NCBI RefSeq assembly: GCF_000143415.4
Contig: NW_003314342.1
Coordinates: 271,569-335,568, forward strand
DNA from: Selaginella moellendorffii
Taxonomy: Eukaryota > Plantae > Lycopodiophyta
Direction: 5' to 3'
DNA: 64,000 nucleotides
The position numbers and the translations under genes are program-made. Below are positions 21,612 to 34,937 of the stretch, piece by piece (positions within the stretch are counted from its first letter, which is position 1; each line of letters starts with the position of its first letter). The notes under the pieces were generated by a model. The model had not been told where the DNA came from. It ran no database searches and saw nothing but the letters and a program-made list of their open reading frames with translations.

Positions 21612-24600
21612 ATGGATGGAGTGGAGCCGAAGCATGGCGCTGGCGGCGCGCCAAAGGGCCCCAGGCTCTTCATCAAGGAAATGGAGATGGATAATTTCAA
21701 GTCTTACGCTGGGAAGCAGCGTGTTGGCCCATTCCACAAGGTATTTTTCGTCCATTTCTCGATTTCCATGAGGATTGGAGTGCTTTGGTTTGCCTTTCCA
21801 GTGTTTCTCCGCTGTTGTCGGACCCAATGGCAGTGGTAAGAGCAATGTGATAGATGCCCTGTTATTCGTGTTTGGGAGGCGAGCCAAGCAGGTAGCTTTC
21901 TTTTCTTTTCTAACTTGTTTGCTGTCTACTTAAGAATTAATTGTGTGTTTCTCTCTTCTTCTCTAGATGCGATTAAACAAGGTCTCGGAGTTGATCCACA
22001 ACTCCACGTACCATCTCAACCTGGATAAAGCACAGGTCTCAGTCCACTTCCAGGAGATTGTAGACTTGGTATGAATTTGTTTTCTCGCGTAGTTATATCT
22101 ATCCATCTTTTTTGGCGTTTATGTAGGACGATGAAACGTATGAGCCTGTTCCTGGGTCCGACTTTGTCATCACAAGAGCAGCGTTTCGGGACAACAGCTC
22201 GAAATACTACATCAACGACAGTTTGAGCAGCTTCACGGAAGTAACCAAAAAACTCAGGGGGAAAGGGATTGATCTAGATAATAATCGGTTTCTCATTCTC
22301 CAGGTAGCTTTCACAGTTTTCTTTTTCTTGGCAAATTGTTTACTTTTCTTCTTTGTGTTTTGGTCAGGGTGAGGTTGAACAAATCTCATTGATGAAGCCA
22401 AAATCACAAGGGCAACATGATGAAGGATTTCTAGAGTACTTGGAAGACATAATTGGTTCCAATCAATACGTGGAAAAGATTGAACAGGCTAGCAATCAGT
22501 AAGTTGCCATACTTTTCTGGAAGCTAGAGCATTTACTTGTATGATGCAGGCTTGAAGTTCTGAACGAGAAGAGAACTAGCGTTGTGCAACGTGTGAAGAA
22601 CGCAGAGAAAGAAAAGGACGGTTTAGAAGTAAGAAAGATCGCAATCGTTCGCTTTTACCAAGTGCAAAATGCAGGATGCAAAAAATGAGGCTGTTACGTA
22701 TATGTTGAAGCAAGTCGAGCTTTTGAAGTGGCAGGGAAAATCGTCTGAGCTTGCTTTGAAAGATGCAAGCGCTCATGCAACGAAAGCTCAGAAGGATCTT
22801 GAATCTCACGAGGCTAAATTAAAGGAAGAGAGGTATTTTTACCGGAACTTTTTTATCTTTCAGCTATTGAGTCCTTTACAGGGAGAAGGTTGCTCAGTAC
22901 TCTCAAGACTTGAAAGAACTTGAAAAGAACTACACTAAGCATGCAAAGCGTAGAGAGGTTTGACAGCATTCTGTTATGTCGAAAACCTTTTAATCTTAAG
23001 TTGCTTTGTAGGAGCTTGAAGCGGACTTGAAAGGTTGTGCCGACGAATTCAAGGAGTTCGAGCGCCAAGACTTGAAGTATCAAGAGGACCTTAAGCATAT
23101 GAAGCAAAAGCTAAAGAAGCTGGAGGACAAAACTGCTAAAGTAAACATCAGTTCATTCATATCGTGGTCTTACAGTTATTGGCCTGCAGGATGAACTTCG
23201 GATTCAGGAGCTCGAAAAAGAAATCGAAGAAAGTAAAATTGTCATTCCACAGTTGGAAGAACAAATATTAGCACTTACTAAACAGCTTGGTCAAGAAGAA
23301 GAGAAACTTGAGCATCTAAAGGATCTTTCTAAAGGTAAATTTTTTTTTGTTCTGACACGTTTATTTGCTTCCTTTGTCGTAGATGAAATCGAGAGGTATC
23401 GGGAAAGCTTGTCATCCGTACGTTCTGAGTTAGAACCATGGGATAAGCAAATTATTGACTGCCAGGGGAAGATTGATGTTGCACGATCAGAGAGCAAGCT
23501 GCTGAAAGACAAGGTCTGTAAGCATCTGTTTACCAGCAGTCTCTTCATTTCACTGTTACAGCACGAGGGAGCCATCAACGCTTATGAGGCTGCTAAGAAA
23601 CAGCTGCAAATAATCAATGAAAATTTGCAAAACAAAGAGGAATCTCTACCGAGGCAAACTGAAGCTTTCAAACAACAGGAACGTCTTGCTGAGAGTGCTC
23701 GGACGGACGAGAAGGTGAGGGAGTTCTAATACGATCGTTGGCTAATATTTCTCTGTAGGCCCTGCTGAAAGAGGAGGAAGTTTTGACAGCCGAAGAGGAA
23801 TCCGCTAAGAAGAGGCTGAATGAAATGCGTGCTACGTTAGAGTCAGAAAAGAGCCAAGGTGCAGTCCTTCGTGCAGTTCTTCAGGCAAAAGAGTCTGGAC
23901 AAATTCAAGGCATTTATGGCCGACTTGGAGACCTTGGGGCGATTGATGGTGCGTTATCTCCTCCTTTTCTCCTGAAACTTCTGAAAACGAATTTCTCATT
24001 TTTATGTTTCTCATACTTCTTGCGTGCAGCAAAGTACGACGTAGCGATATCAACAGCTTGCGGTGGGTTGGACTACATAGTTGTTGAGACTGCTTCGGAT
24101 GCACAAGCGTGTGTTGAGCTATTGCGTAAAAATAATCTGGGTGTAGCAACGTTCTTAATCCTGGTAATTGCCTTTCGGGTTATTTACATTTTCACAAAAT
24201 TAAATATTTCCAGGACAAACAAGAAGGGCTTCGGTCGAAGATGAACCAAGAAGTTCGAACTCCTGAAGGGGTTCCCAGATTATTTGATTTGGTTAACGTT
24301 CGAGATGGCCGGTTGAAGCTGGCGTTCTACGCCTCTCTTGGAAACACAGTTGTAGCTACAGATCTAAACCAGGTAAGAAACTCGTGACTTTCCACTTTTT
24401 TTATTTCATTTTTATCACCAGGCAACAAGAATTGCGTATGGGAGCAATACAGAATTTCGGAGAGTGGTTACATTGGATGGAGCACTATTTGAGAAATCTG
24501 GAACAATGAGTGGAGGTGGTGGCAAACCCCGAGGCGGGCGGATGGGTACTGCCATACGTGACTCCAGTGTTACTCGTCAGGCTTTGGAAAGTGCCGAAAA

Positions 24601-26764
24601 TGAAGTTTCTACACTGGCCGAGCAGCTTGCAAAAGTTCGTGAACGACGTGTCCAAGCGGCTCGACAATATCAACAATCAGAAAAGGCTATTTCAAACATC
24701 CAGGTGGACATTTCCAAAGCTCAAATGGAGGTTCGCAGTCCATAGTTCTCCGCAATATTTCCAAGCTAATTAGCTCTTTTCAGGTTGACGGATTGAAGAA
24801 GCAAAAGATGGACGCAAATCACCAAATTGAAACTTTGAAGGTTGAAGCTGTGCCTAATTCTGTTGAAGTTAAAAAGATCGGAAAGCTGGACAAGCTGGCC
24901 GTGGTCGAGGAGAAAACGCTCTCTGGCTTACAAGAAAACTCGAAAGGGCTTAGGGAGAAGGTTATTTCCAGTAGTGTAACGACCATCGACTTACAGTCTT
25001 GTTTTTTCTACAGGCAAACAGTCTTCAAAAAAGTATTGAAAACGCTGGGGGTGAGAAACTGAAGCAACAAAAACTACTTGTCAGCAAGATACAAACGGTA
25101 CGCGCTTCATGTTTTCCTTGACTAACGATTTGGATGCAGGATATAGACAGTAAGAACACTGAGGTCAATCGTCGAAAAGTTCAGATGGACACCGGGGGCA
25201 AAACAATAGCTAAACTGCAGAAGACGCTTGAAGACTCGAGGAAAGACAAACAAAACATCTCTGAAAACAAGGAGAAGAAGGCTTCTGCATTCAAGGAGAT
25301 TGAAAAGAAAGCCTTCGTCGTCCAAGAGAGATACAAAGACATTCAAGAGGTTAGCAAATTCGTTGGTTTTTAATAAGCCTTGACGACGATGACTACAGAT
25401 AATGGAAAAGCAACGAGAGGAGCTGGAGTCAACGAAAAAACTGTACAATGAAAAGAAGCAAATGGTTGATCAGCTTCGAACTGGAGAGGTTTGGTGAATT
25501 TTGTCAGGTTGTCTTAATCCTCACATTCCTGTTTCAGATTGACGCACAGGACAAAGTGGAAGACTTAAAAGGTTTGGTCAAAGAAATGGATCAGAAAATG
25601 AAAGGTTTTCAGAAAAAGATCGAAACAAGCAACAAGGCTTTAAATGAGCATGTTGAACAGTAAGTATTACGCATTTCTGTTGTCTCATGCGAATATATCT
25701 TCCAGGATACGAAAAGAAGGAATAGATTTGGACTCCCTAAACGCCGCGCTTGAAGGGAACCAAATTGATTCAGTCTCCAGTTTACAAACAGCCCTGAAAA
25801 ATGTAGAACTTTTGGAGCAGCAGATGAAGGCAATGCAGCCGAATCTCGACACCATTGGAGAGTAAGCATTGAATATTTAATGTTTCTTTCTTAATACCTT
25901 TCTTTTGCAAAGGTACCGGACAAAAGCTGCTCACTACATGGAGCGTGTTAATGAGCTCAATGCAGTGACACAAGAGTGCGACGACTTAAAGAAACATCAT
26001 GACGATCTGCGTAAGCGACGGTAAGTTCACTGACTTATATTGCGGTTATTTAGCAGCTGTGCTACAGACTAGATGATTTCATGGCGGGTTTCAACATAAT
26101 TTCCTTAAGATTGAAGGAGATGTATCAGGTGTGCTTCATAACAACTCTGCTAGTGGTCTCTGATATTTTATTTTTATTTTCAGATGATAACTTTGGGAGG
26201 CGATGCCGAACTGGAACTAGTGGATTCTCTCGATCCATTCTCCGAGGGCGTAGTCTTCAGTGTACGACCACCTAAAAAGAGCTGGAAGAATATCGGAAAC
26301 CTCTCAGGAGGTGAAAAGGTGATGCCACTTTCATTCCTCAACTTGCAGAAACTTATCGGCATAAGTCTTGTATTGTAGACACTAAGCTCGCTGGCGCTCG
26401 TGTTTGCCTTGCATCACTACAAACCGACTCCTCTGTACGTTATGGACGAGATCGACGCCGCCTTAGGTAACTTCTTGCGAGTCTCGCAATCTGCTCAAGC
26501 TTATTTTCTGCCCGCAGATTTTAAAAACGTCTCGATTGTGGGTCACTACGTGAAGGACCGCACCAAAGACGCGCAGTTCATAATAATCAGGTAAAACGCA
26601 AGTTGCGAATCGGCGATTTGATGAGCTATTTCGATTTCAGCCTTCGCAACAACATGTTTGAGCTGGCGGATCGACTCGTGGGAATTTACAAGACTGATAA
26701 CTGCACGAAGAGTGTGACTATCAATCCGAAAAGCTTTGCTACGTGCCAGCAAGAGGCAGCTTGA
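21612..26764 (+). CDS. SMC4: Structural maintenance of chromosomes protein 4 (condensin CAP-C), many short introns
   Basis: [39 protein letters not shown], hinge [10 protein letters not shown] and [76 protein letters not shown]; stop TGA 26762-26764. Confidence 0.96.
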
Positions 26765-29132
26765 TTTTTAACTCTGTATGTAAGTTTGGAGATTCGTTTG
26801 CTTGGTTGTTCTCACTTTTGTTTTCGCAGATTAAACGCCCCTGGCACACCAAAAAAAACTTTACCACTGTGAAATCTCGTCTCACATACCACTGAAAACT
26901 TGTTTGATGAAATGGTGACCTCATTTCTTTCTTTTAGTTTTTCCATACAATTTGTCGGCATTTCCTTTTTCCCGGATGGACAAAGCCACTATTTTCCTTT
27001 CAATCAGAAGGAGAATGTTCTGAGAATCATTTCGTTTTTTCAGAGCCACACAGGACACCCAGCGTACGAACCGTTCTTTTTCTCTTCTCTTTTTTTTTCG
27101 TCTTCTCCATTCTTTTGCTTTGGACTTTGATCCCGTTCGCTTAAGTTTCGCCTCTGCGTGGGTTATTCTCACGTCTAAACGCGCTGCCGCTCATTCGCTT
27201 GCGACATCTTCGCCGGGCCTGTTTGACTTCGTTTCTTCGTATGCGCCGAGTGTCACTTTTCTCATTTGTCAGCTCAAGCTCCTCGCAAAGTCGGCTTGCA
27301 TCATTATTACATTTGCATTCTTCTCTTGTCTTTCTGGAGCTAGTGCTTGTGTGGCCTCCACAAGAAGCGCCAAGCCTTTGGATTTTTCACTGTGGGCCTC
27401 ATGCATCACATTGACACGCTCCCTCCAATTTGGTGTTGCCAGCGATCTCACGAGAACAGGCTCTTATCGTTCTTTATCACTAGTTTTACGATAGTGGTTT
27501 TTCGCTATTCTTTGTGTCAGCCAGCTCCGTCACCTTTGTAGTAAACTAGACTGATCTCCCGTATCGCCCGTGGTAGGATCGCCCAATTGCAGGTTGAGAT
27601 TGACACCCTGAGGTAGAAAATTATTTTGGAGCTTGGAGATATGTAAGCAGTGCCAACATCTGGAGATTTCCAAAGTGTGGAGGCCAGTGAAAATTCCTTT
27701 GCAGTGTTGCTTTGGCACAGCTGGAATTATTACGCCACCTCTTTTAGTGCTTCTTTTTTCGGTGGTCTCCGCACAGCAAGAACACATAAAAGAGGGAATG
27801 GATCGGATTGGAGGCGGCGGCCATAATTCATTTTTGCCAGATGCGGAGTCCCAAGTGTAAAGAAGGTGGCACAAGGAAACTAATCAATCATATACGTTTA
27901 CTGTGTATGATCAAACTAAATTCTTATCTCCTGTGAGCCAGCGCATTTTATTTTTTGTGCGCTTTATAGATCCACATACCGGATCCCCAAAGCAATTTCT
28001 TCGTACTAATATAATTAGTGATAAATCACGCTGTCAAAAGGCGAGCACTACAACAGCAAATTATAGAGTATGACTATGTTGAAATAGCTCTATTCCATAC
28101 ATATGTTCGTATGGGTGACGGCACCTTCCAATCAAAACCATAGAAAACTCCCACTCGATAAGTTCATAGTAAAAATGCGTCCTCGGTGGGATTACAATGT
28201 TGGCTGAGTACGAAACCGAGGGAATCTCCCACAAAACTAGTCTAGCTGAATCCCACGGAACATACCCCCGTGTCTAAGATTGTTCCGAAATGTTTACATT
28301 CGCGCTTGCGAGCTGCGATTCTTCCAATCCCCCCTGGAAGAAAGCGTCCATTCATTGCTTGATAGTAGCGGCAGCAGCGCTCGAGTTTGATTCATTCCCA
28401 TTGTTTAGTGGTTTTTCTCTTTCAGGGAACACCATCACGACGTCTATCACCATGCTTAAGAGAACTTCTTCCCCGGAAAAAACAAATCAAAACACCTATT
28501 AGACGAACAAACAAATACCATATCAATATCTTCAGAGTTTTGTTTTTTTCTTTGTTTTTCTAACCTTTGTCTGTCTCTACATTTTGCGCAAAGCACACAC
28601 AGAGCACATGGACCTGGAAATATCAAATAGAAACCATAAAGTCTAAAGGAGGAATCAGTGATTGGACAAGCAAAGCAATTACTTTGCCTCTTTGTTTTCA
28701 TCGCCAACCAGTTTGCTTCCTGTCGCTAATCAAAACGTTGTCAAAGTCGTGGGGCTCTGATAACGAGTGTTGCGTCTTTTCCTACAAAACCGCGCTCCTT
28801 TGTTTTCTTTTCTCATCACACACTTAGAGCGCCCTTGTGCGAGTATAGCCGATCGTTCTTCACCTCTTCTTTTATGACAGGCAGCTCGCGCTTACACGCT
28901 CGTCCGATTCCAATTCAGCTGGACAAAACATGAGCTCGTCATCCCGGTAAGACTCTCCAAAAAGCTGGGAAGGAAGGGAAACGATATCTACCTGAAGCGT
29001 TTCTCATTTCTTTTCTCTGTTACCCCCTTTGCTCGCCGATCAAGGGAGAGTCCACAAAGTTTCCTCCTTTCCTCTTCGCCTTTTGGCTGTTCGAGTTTTT
29101 CGCTGCTGCCTGCAAAAGAAAAAAAATATAGA

Positions 29133-30872
29133 ATGGATTCTATCAGGAGCTTACGCGAGCAGTGGAACTCGAGCATAGATCACCTCAATGCGGCAGTCGC
29201 TCGGAGCAGAGTCGGGCGGTACTTCAAGCTCGAGGAGCGAAAGTCTTGCTTCACTCGGGAGGTGAGAGCCGGCACCGCAACATTCCTCACCATGGCATAC
29301 ATCCTCGCGGTGAACGCCAGCATACTCACCGATTCGGGCGGTCCCTGCGGCATCTCCGACTGCTCGCTCGTCTGCTCCGACTCCACCACCCCGATACAGC
29401 GCTGCTCGGGCCTCACTCCCGGCGGTATACCGCTCACTCTTGTGAAGCCAGGTGCCGAGTGCAAGGATCCAGGGGCCCAGAACAAAGGATACTCCGACTG
29501 CCTGGACCGCACCAAGCGTGATCTCATCGTCGCCACCGCAGCTTCCTCGCTCATCGGCAGTGTCATCATGGGCGTGTTTGCAAATCTCCCGCTCGGGCTG
29601 GCGTCTGGGATGGGAGCAAACGCCTACTTTGCGTACACCGTCGTTGGCTTCCACGGCTCCGGAAGCATCACTTACGGTGGAGCGCTGGCGGCTGTGTTCG
29701 TCGAAGGACTGATCTTTCTCGGCCTGGCAGCGCTCGGCCTCCGGACCCGGCTGGCGAAGGCCATCCCCCGCCCCGTCCGCATCTCCAGCTCGGCAGGTAT
29801 CGGTCTCTTCCTCGCCTTCATCGGCTTGCAGTCGAGCGAAGGCATCGGGCTCATCGGCTTCAGCCCATCAACTCTGGTGACGCTGGGTGCATGCCCGGCA
29901 GCGGACCGAGTGGCGGTAGCACCGGTTGTCACCAACGCCACCACCGGTGTCTCCCGTCTCATGCCTGGCGCTACCATCTCCTCCAACATCCTGTGCACGC
30001 GTAACCGGATGGAAGATCCCACTCTCTGGCTTGGCGTCGTCGGCTTCGTCATCATCGCGTATGCTCTCGTCAGGGGTGTCAAAGGTGCCATGATCTACGG
30101 CATTGTCTTCGTCACCGGCATCTCCTGGTTCCGGGGAACGCAGGTGACATACTTCCCATATACCGACGCTGGTAACGCGGCCTACTCGTACTTCCGCGAG
30201 GTGGTCGACGTCCACACCATCAAAGGCACCGCCGGAGCTCTCTCCTTTGCTGAAATCGGCAAGAGCCAGTTCTGGGTGGCGCTCATCACCTTTCTCTACG
30301 TCGACATACTGGATACCACCGGAACTCTCTACTCCATGGCCAAGTTTGCCGGCTACGTCGACGAGAAGGGCGATTTCGAGGGGCAATACCAGGCTTTCAT
30401 GAGCGATGCCGCGGCCATCGTGGTCGGTTCGGCACTTGGAACTTCTCCTGTCACTGCTTTCATCGAGTCGTCCACGGGGATTCGAGAAGGTGGCAGAACC
30501 GGGATTACTGCTCTTACCGTGGCGATGTACTTCTTCCTGGCACTGTTTTTTACACCGCTACTGGCTTCTATTCCACCCTGGGCGGTCGGACCGGCGCTTG
30601 TTCTCGTCGGAGTTTTGATGATAAAGTCGGTCAAGGAGATTGAGTGGGAGGACATGAGAGAAGGCATCCCGGCTTTCATCACCATCATCCTCATGCCTCT
30701 TACGTACTCCATTGCTTATGGCTTGATCGGCGGCATTAGTACGTTCGTGGTGCTGAATGGACTCGACTGGCTCTTTTCCAAAACCAAAAGGCCACCGTCG
30801 TCAAGCGATACAGATGAAGCGATGAAGCAAGTTGACACAGTGGAAACTGGCGGAGCTCTAGAACAAGTCTGA
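29133..30872 (+). CDS. AZG1: Adenine/guanine permease AZG1 (AzgA family), intronless, 579 aa
   Basis: [87 protein letters not shown]. Confidence 0.95.
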   Translation: MDSIRSLREQWNSSIDHLNAAVARSRVGRYFKLEERKSCFTREVRAGTATFLTMAYILAVNASILTDSGGPCGISDCSLVCSDSTTPIQRCSGLTPGGIPLTLVKPGAECKDPGAQNKGYSDCLDRTKRDLIVATAASSLIGSVIMGVFANLPLGLASGMGANAYFAYTVVGFHGSGSITYGGALAAVFVEGLIFLGLAALGLRTRLAKAIPRPVRISSSAGIGLFLAFIGLQSSEGIGLIGFSPSTLVTLGACPAADRVAVAPVVTNATTGVSRLMPGATISSNILCTRNRMEDPTLWLGVVGFVIIAYALVRGVKGAMIYGIVFVTGISWFRGTQVTYFPYTDAGNAAYSYFREVVDVHTIKGTAGALSFAEIGKSQFWVALITFLYVDILDTTGTLYSMAKFAGYVDEKGDFEGQYQAFMSDAAAIVVGSALGTSPVTAFIESSTGIREGGRTGITALTVAMYFFLALFFTPLLASIPPWAVGPALVLVGVLMIKSVKEIEWEDMREGIPAFITIILMPLTYSIAYGLIGGISTFVVLNGLDWLFSKTKRPPSSSDTDEAMKQVDTVETGGALEQV

Positions 30873-31494
30873 ATGCCATCGATACAATTGACACCCCATA
30901 TGTTTGAAAAAAATAAAAATGAATTACATGTCAGAGTATATATCACCATGCAAGTTGTGGAAGATCTGAAATCACGCAACGAGCCCACAAAAAGAAAGTT
31001 TGACCACGACCTTCATTCTAGCAACAATGTTGATAGCCGGAAACAATGGTCCAACAAAGCAAACCTCTGCCAAAATGAAAGAAATCTAAACTTAACCATA
31101 CCAAAATTCCAGGAATATCAAATCTAATTTGACGATGAAGGAAAGACCTCTGTATGAATGTACCAAAAACGTCGTCGGCGATAAAAATCTTACTTATAGC
31201 GGCAGAGGTAATCGATTGAAATATTGCTAGCATTGTCAGATCCATCGCCACAGATAGTTTAAACCATAATAAAACCAGGTGTTGTTACTTCCTCTTTTAT
31301 ACAAAAGATATATATATCACACCACGCTTCTATTAAATAATTTCTGTGCTCTAAAGGAAGATAAGAGCCCCGAGCCAAAGTCTGGATCTCTGTTATTTTG
31401 GCATTTATTTGCCACTGGTTAATAACATAGAATAAAATGACTCATGACCCTTGTACATATTTGCATTTTTAATTACAAAGCCGCCTTTAAAAAC

Positions 31495-32030
31495 ATGAGC
31501 TCGTCATCCTTCCAAAAGGAACGTTTTCTCTTTCCTGTTCACAAAGTCCTCCTTTCTTCTTCCCTCTTGAGCTTTGGCTGCTCCAGTTTTTTGCTGCTGC
31601 CTGCCAAAGGAAAAAAAAAATCGAATGGGAGACTGAGTGAGCAATGGAACTCAAGCATAGATCACCTCAATACGGCAGTCGCTGGGAGCAGAGTCGGGAG
31701 GTTCTTCAAGCTCGAGGAGCAAAACTCGTGCTTCACTCGGGAGGTGAGAACCAGCACTGCGACATTCCTCACCATGGCATACATCCTCGCAGTATACTCG
31801 CCGACTCTGGAGGTCCCTACTGCTCGCTGGTCTGCTCCAACGCCACCACTCCCGTACAGCGCTGCTCACATCTCTCCCGGCGGTACACCGCTCACTCTGG
31901 TGCCGATTGCAAGGATCCAGGGGCAAAGGATACTTCGACTGCCTGGACCAGACGAAGCGTGATCTCATCGTCGCCACGGCAGCTTCGGAAGTGTCATCAT
32001 GGGAGTGTTCACAAATCTCCCGCTCTGGCT
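31495..32030 (+). pseudogene. Partial degenerate AZG1 duplicate (5'UTR + N-terminus)
   Basis: [40 protein letters not shown] matches 29133 onward; contains deletions and frameshifts. Confidence 0.9.
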
Positions 32031-32057
32031 GGCGGGGATAGTCGGAGATGCAGCTAG

Positions 32058-32370
32058 AGTATGCTGGCGTTTACTGCGAGGATGTATGCCATGGTGAGGA
32101 ATGTCGCGGTGCTGGCTCTCACCTCCCGAATGAAGCAAGAGTTTCGCTCCTCCAGCTTGAAGTACCTCCAACTCTGCTCAGAGTGACTGCCGCATTGAAG
32201 TGATCTATGCTTGTGTTCCATTGCTCGCTCAGTCTCCTGATCGATTTTTTTTTTTTTTTCCTTTGGCAGGCAGCAGCGGAAAACTGGAGCAGTCAAAAAG
32301 CTCGAGAGGGAAGAGAAAAGGAGGACTCTCACTGATCGGCAAGGAACAGAAAAGAGATGCTCATGCTTTT
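32058..32370 (-). pseudogene. Inverted partial AZG1 duplicate (5'UTR + N-terminus)
   Basis: Minus strand reads [36 protein letters not shown]; reverse complement of the 31500-31795 arm. Confidence 0.9.
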
Positions 32371-33629
32371 AAAGGTGAGAAAACAAAGGCTAGAAATCCA
32401 ACTGTGTGTAGGGGAGCAAACTCGGCTGGCGTGGTAGAGGTTTGTTTTTTGTTGGATCATTGTTTAAAACTTTGATCCAGCTATCGACATCGTTGCTCCT
32501 GCCCATACACACAAGGAACGCTGGTACGACAGAAATGTAAAGGTCGTGAAGGATAACTCCTCCTTTGCGTGATTTCAGCTCTTCCACAACTTTCCTGGTG
32601 ATATATACTCGACATGTAATTACAACGAAGAATGGATTTTCATTTCCTTCTAATTTGTGGGGTACACACGTGTTTTGGCTTTTTGAAACATTACCATGTC
32701 TAAACACAATGATTATATTGGATTTAGACCCTTATAAACCAAGCTTTGATTCCAATATAGCTCTTGTGAGATTGGACGACTCAATGGCCTCCTTAACGTT
32801 CTGGAGCCAGCCGCTCAAGAAAACCTCGAAGCCGTGTAACTCACAAAGGTACACTGGTCACAGGGCTTAGAGCAACCTGCTACGCCAGATAGAGAATTCG
32901 AGTTGCTGACAGCAATAGAGTTCTATTTCCACACCGCTTCCTTGGAAATAGAGCGAGCTCCTCAGCAATCAGCTGCTCCTGTTCCTATGTGTACGACATG
33001 CATACTAGATATCCCACAAGAGCAGAAGCAAATCTGGAAAGCTTACAAGGTTAGATAGCTGCTAAGGTTGTCAGGATCTCAAACTTACCACGTTCCAAAT
33101 TACAGGTCTTGAGACGAACTGGCCTCCCATTTGAGCAGTGGTGGAAGCATCCTGCAAAGATAAAGTTCATGTGTTCGTGAGTTAGAACTGCAAGAGATGT
33201 TACCTCGTTCTCTTTCACTCCTGCCAGCTGCTCGCAAAATTCCATGAGAAAACCTTTGAGAAAGGAGCCTGGCACTGGAAGACACATTCCACTTTGAACG
33301 CAAGAACATTTCCTGGGAAAATGGAATCGCACAAAGGATGATCACGACCTGAAAAATTCTTGGCCGTAACCGATGCCGTACTCGTCCTGGAAAAATGAGA
33401 GATGAGACAAGACGTATAAACAAGAATAGATATAAAAGAACGAACCAGGCTCTGGAATTGTTCTTCAGAGGCTCTGATAATGCTTGATTAGAAGCTCTGG
33501 AATTGTTTCCAGGGCTTGACTCCCTGCAAGAAAAAGCTGGAGAAAAAAGAATTGCGCAAAGTACCTTGTATACGCACAAATTCCTGTCTAATATCGCTGA
33601 GGCAAGAAAAGAATGTTACGCATCATAAG

Positions 33630-34880
33630 CGTCTGCTCCCATGCTGCTCCGGTGCAAGGATCCAGGGGCTCACAACAAAGGATACTCCGACTGGACCAGA
33701 CGAAGCGTGATCTCGTCGTCGCCACGGCGGCATCCTCGTTCATCGGCAGTGTCATCATGGGAGTGTTTGCAAATGTCCCGCTCGGGCTGGCGCCTGGGAT
33801 GGGAGCAAACGCCTACTTTGCGTACACCTTCCACGGCTCCGGAAGTCTCTCTTACGGTGGAGCTCTAGCTCCAGCGCGGCTGGTATCGGTCTCTTCCTCG
33901 CCTTCATAGGCTTGCGGTCGAGCGAAGGCATCGGGCTCATCGGCTTCACTCCGTCATCTCTGGTGGCGCTGGGTGCATGCCCAGCAGCGGACCGAGTAGC
34001 GGTAGCACCGGTCGTCACCAACGCCACCACCGGTGTCTCCCGTCTCATGCCCATCTCCTCCAACGTCCTGTGCACGCGTAACCAGATGGAAGATCCCACT
34101 CTCTGGCTTGGCGTCGTGTCATCGTCGCGTATGCTCTCGTCAGGGGTGTCCAAGGTGCCATATAGTCTTCGTCACCGTCCGGGGAACTACGGTGACGTAC
34201 TACGCGTACTTCTGCAAGATGGTCGACGTCCACAACATCAAACGGAGCTCTCTCCTTTGCTGAAATCGGCAAGAGCCAGTTCTGGGTGGCGCTCATCACC
34301 TTCCTCTGCGTCAACATACTGGATACCACTGGAACTCTCTACCAAGTTTGCCGCCAATAGCTGAAACTTTTAGCAACATCCTTCGTTGTAATTACACGTC
34401 AAGTATATATCACCACGCAAGTTGTGGAAGTTCTGGAATCACAAGTTATCCCCATTGATCACGACCTAGCCACCTTAAACTGGAGATGTCCATTCTCTTG
34501 GCATTTCGGTTACATTTCTCTCGTAGCGTCATACTCGCAAAGGAACAACGATGTCAATAGCTGGATCCACAGTGATCACATGAATCTCTGCCAAAACATC
34601 AGAAATTTCAGGAATATCAACCAAGGAACAAAGCGCTGGCCGAAACGTTCGATCGTAAAGAAAAAGCAATCGTGCTCCTCGAGAAAAGGAGGCGATCGAC
34701 CGATGAGAAAATGCAAATATCGCCGAAGTTCGTTTGAAAGCCTAAAACCCCAGGGGTGTTGTGATACATCCTCTTTTTATTCATTTATATACACTGAGAC
34801 TGTGTGAAAGAGATGCTATTGTACATACATCACACCACGCTTCTATGTTCGCTGTTACGTATCTCTGCTCTAAAGGAAGA
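33630..34880 (+). pseudogene. Partial degenerate AZG1 duplicate (middle region) followed by a copy of AZG1 downstream sequence
   Basis: [72 protein letters not shown]; many deletions; 34390-34880 resembles 30930-31360. Confidence 0.88.
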
Positions 34881-34937
34881 TGGGAAAAAAGGAGAAGAAG
34901 AACAACTCCCCTCACCTCTCACTCCAGCATGAAATTT

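Noticed and set aside
27060-27880. Minus-strand coding-like stretch between SMC4 and AZG1
   Set aside because: Several in-frame stops and no family I can recognise; may be a decayed gene but cannot be supported without BLASTX.
29133-30872. Intronless AZG1 as a retrocopy or recent HGT
   Set aside because: Plant AZG genes are typically intron-poor or intronless; no poly(A) tail or TSD is seen.
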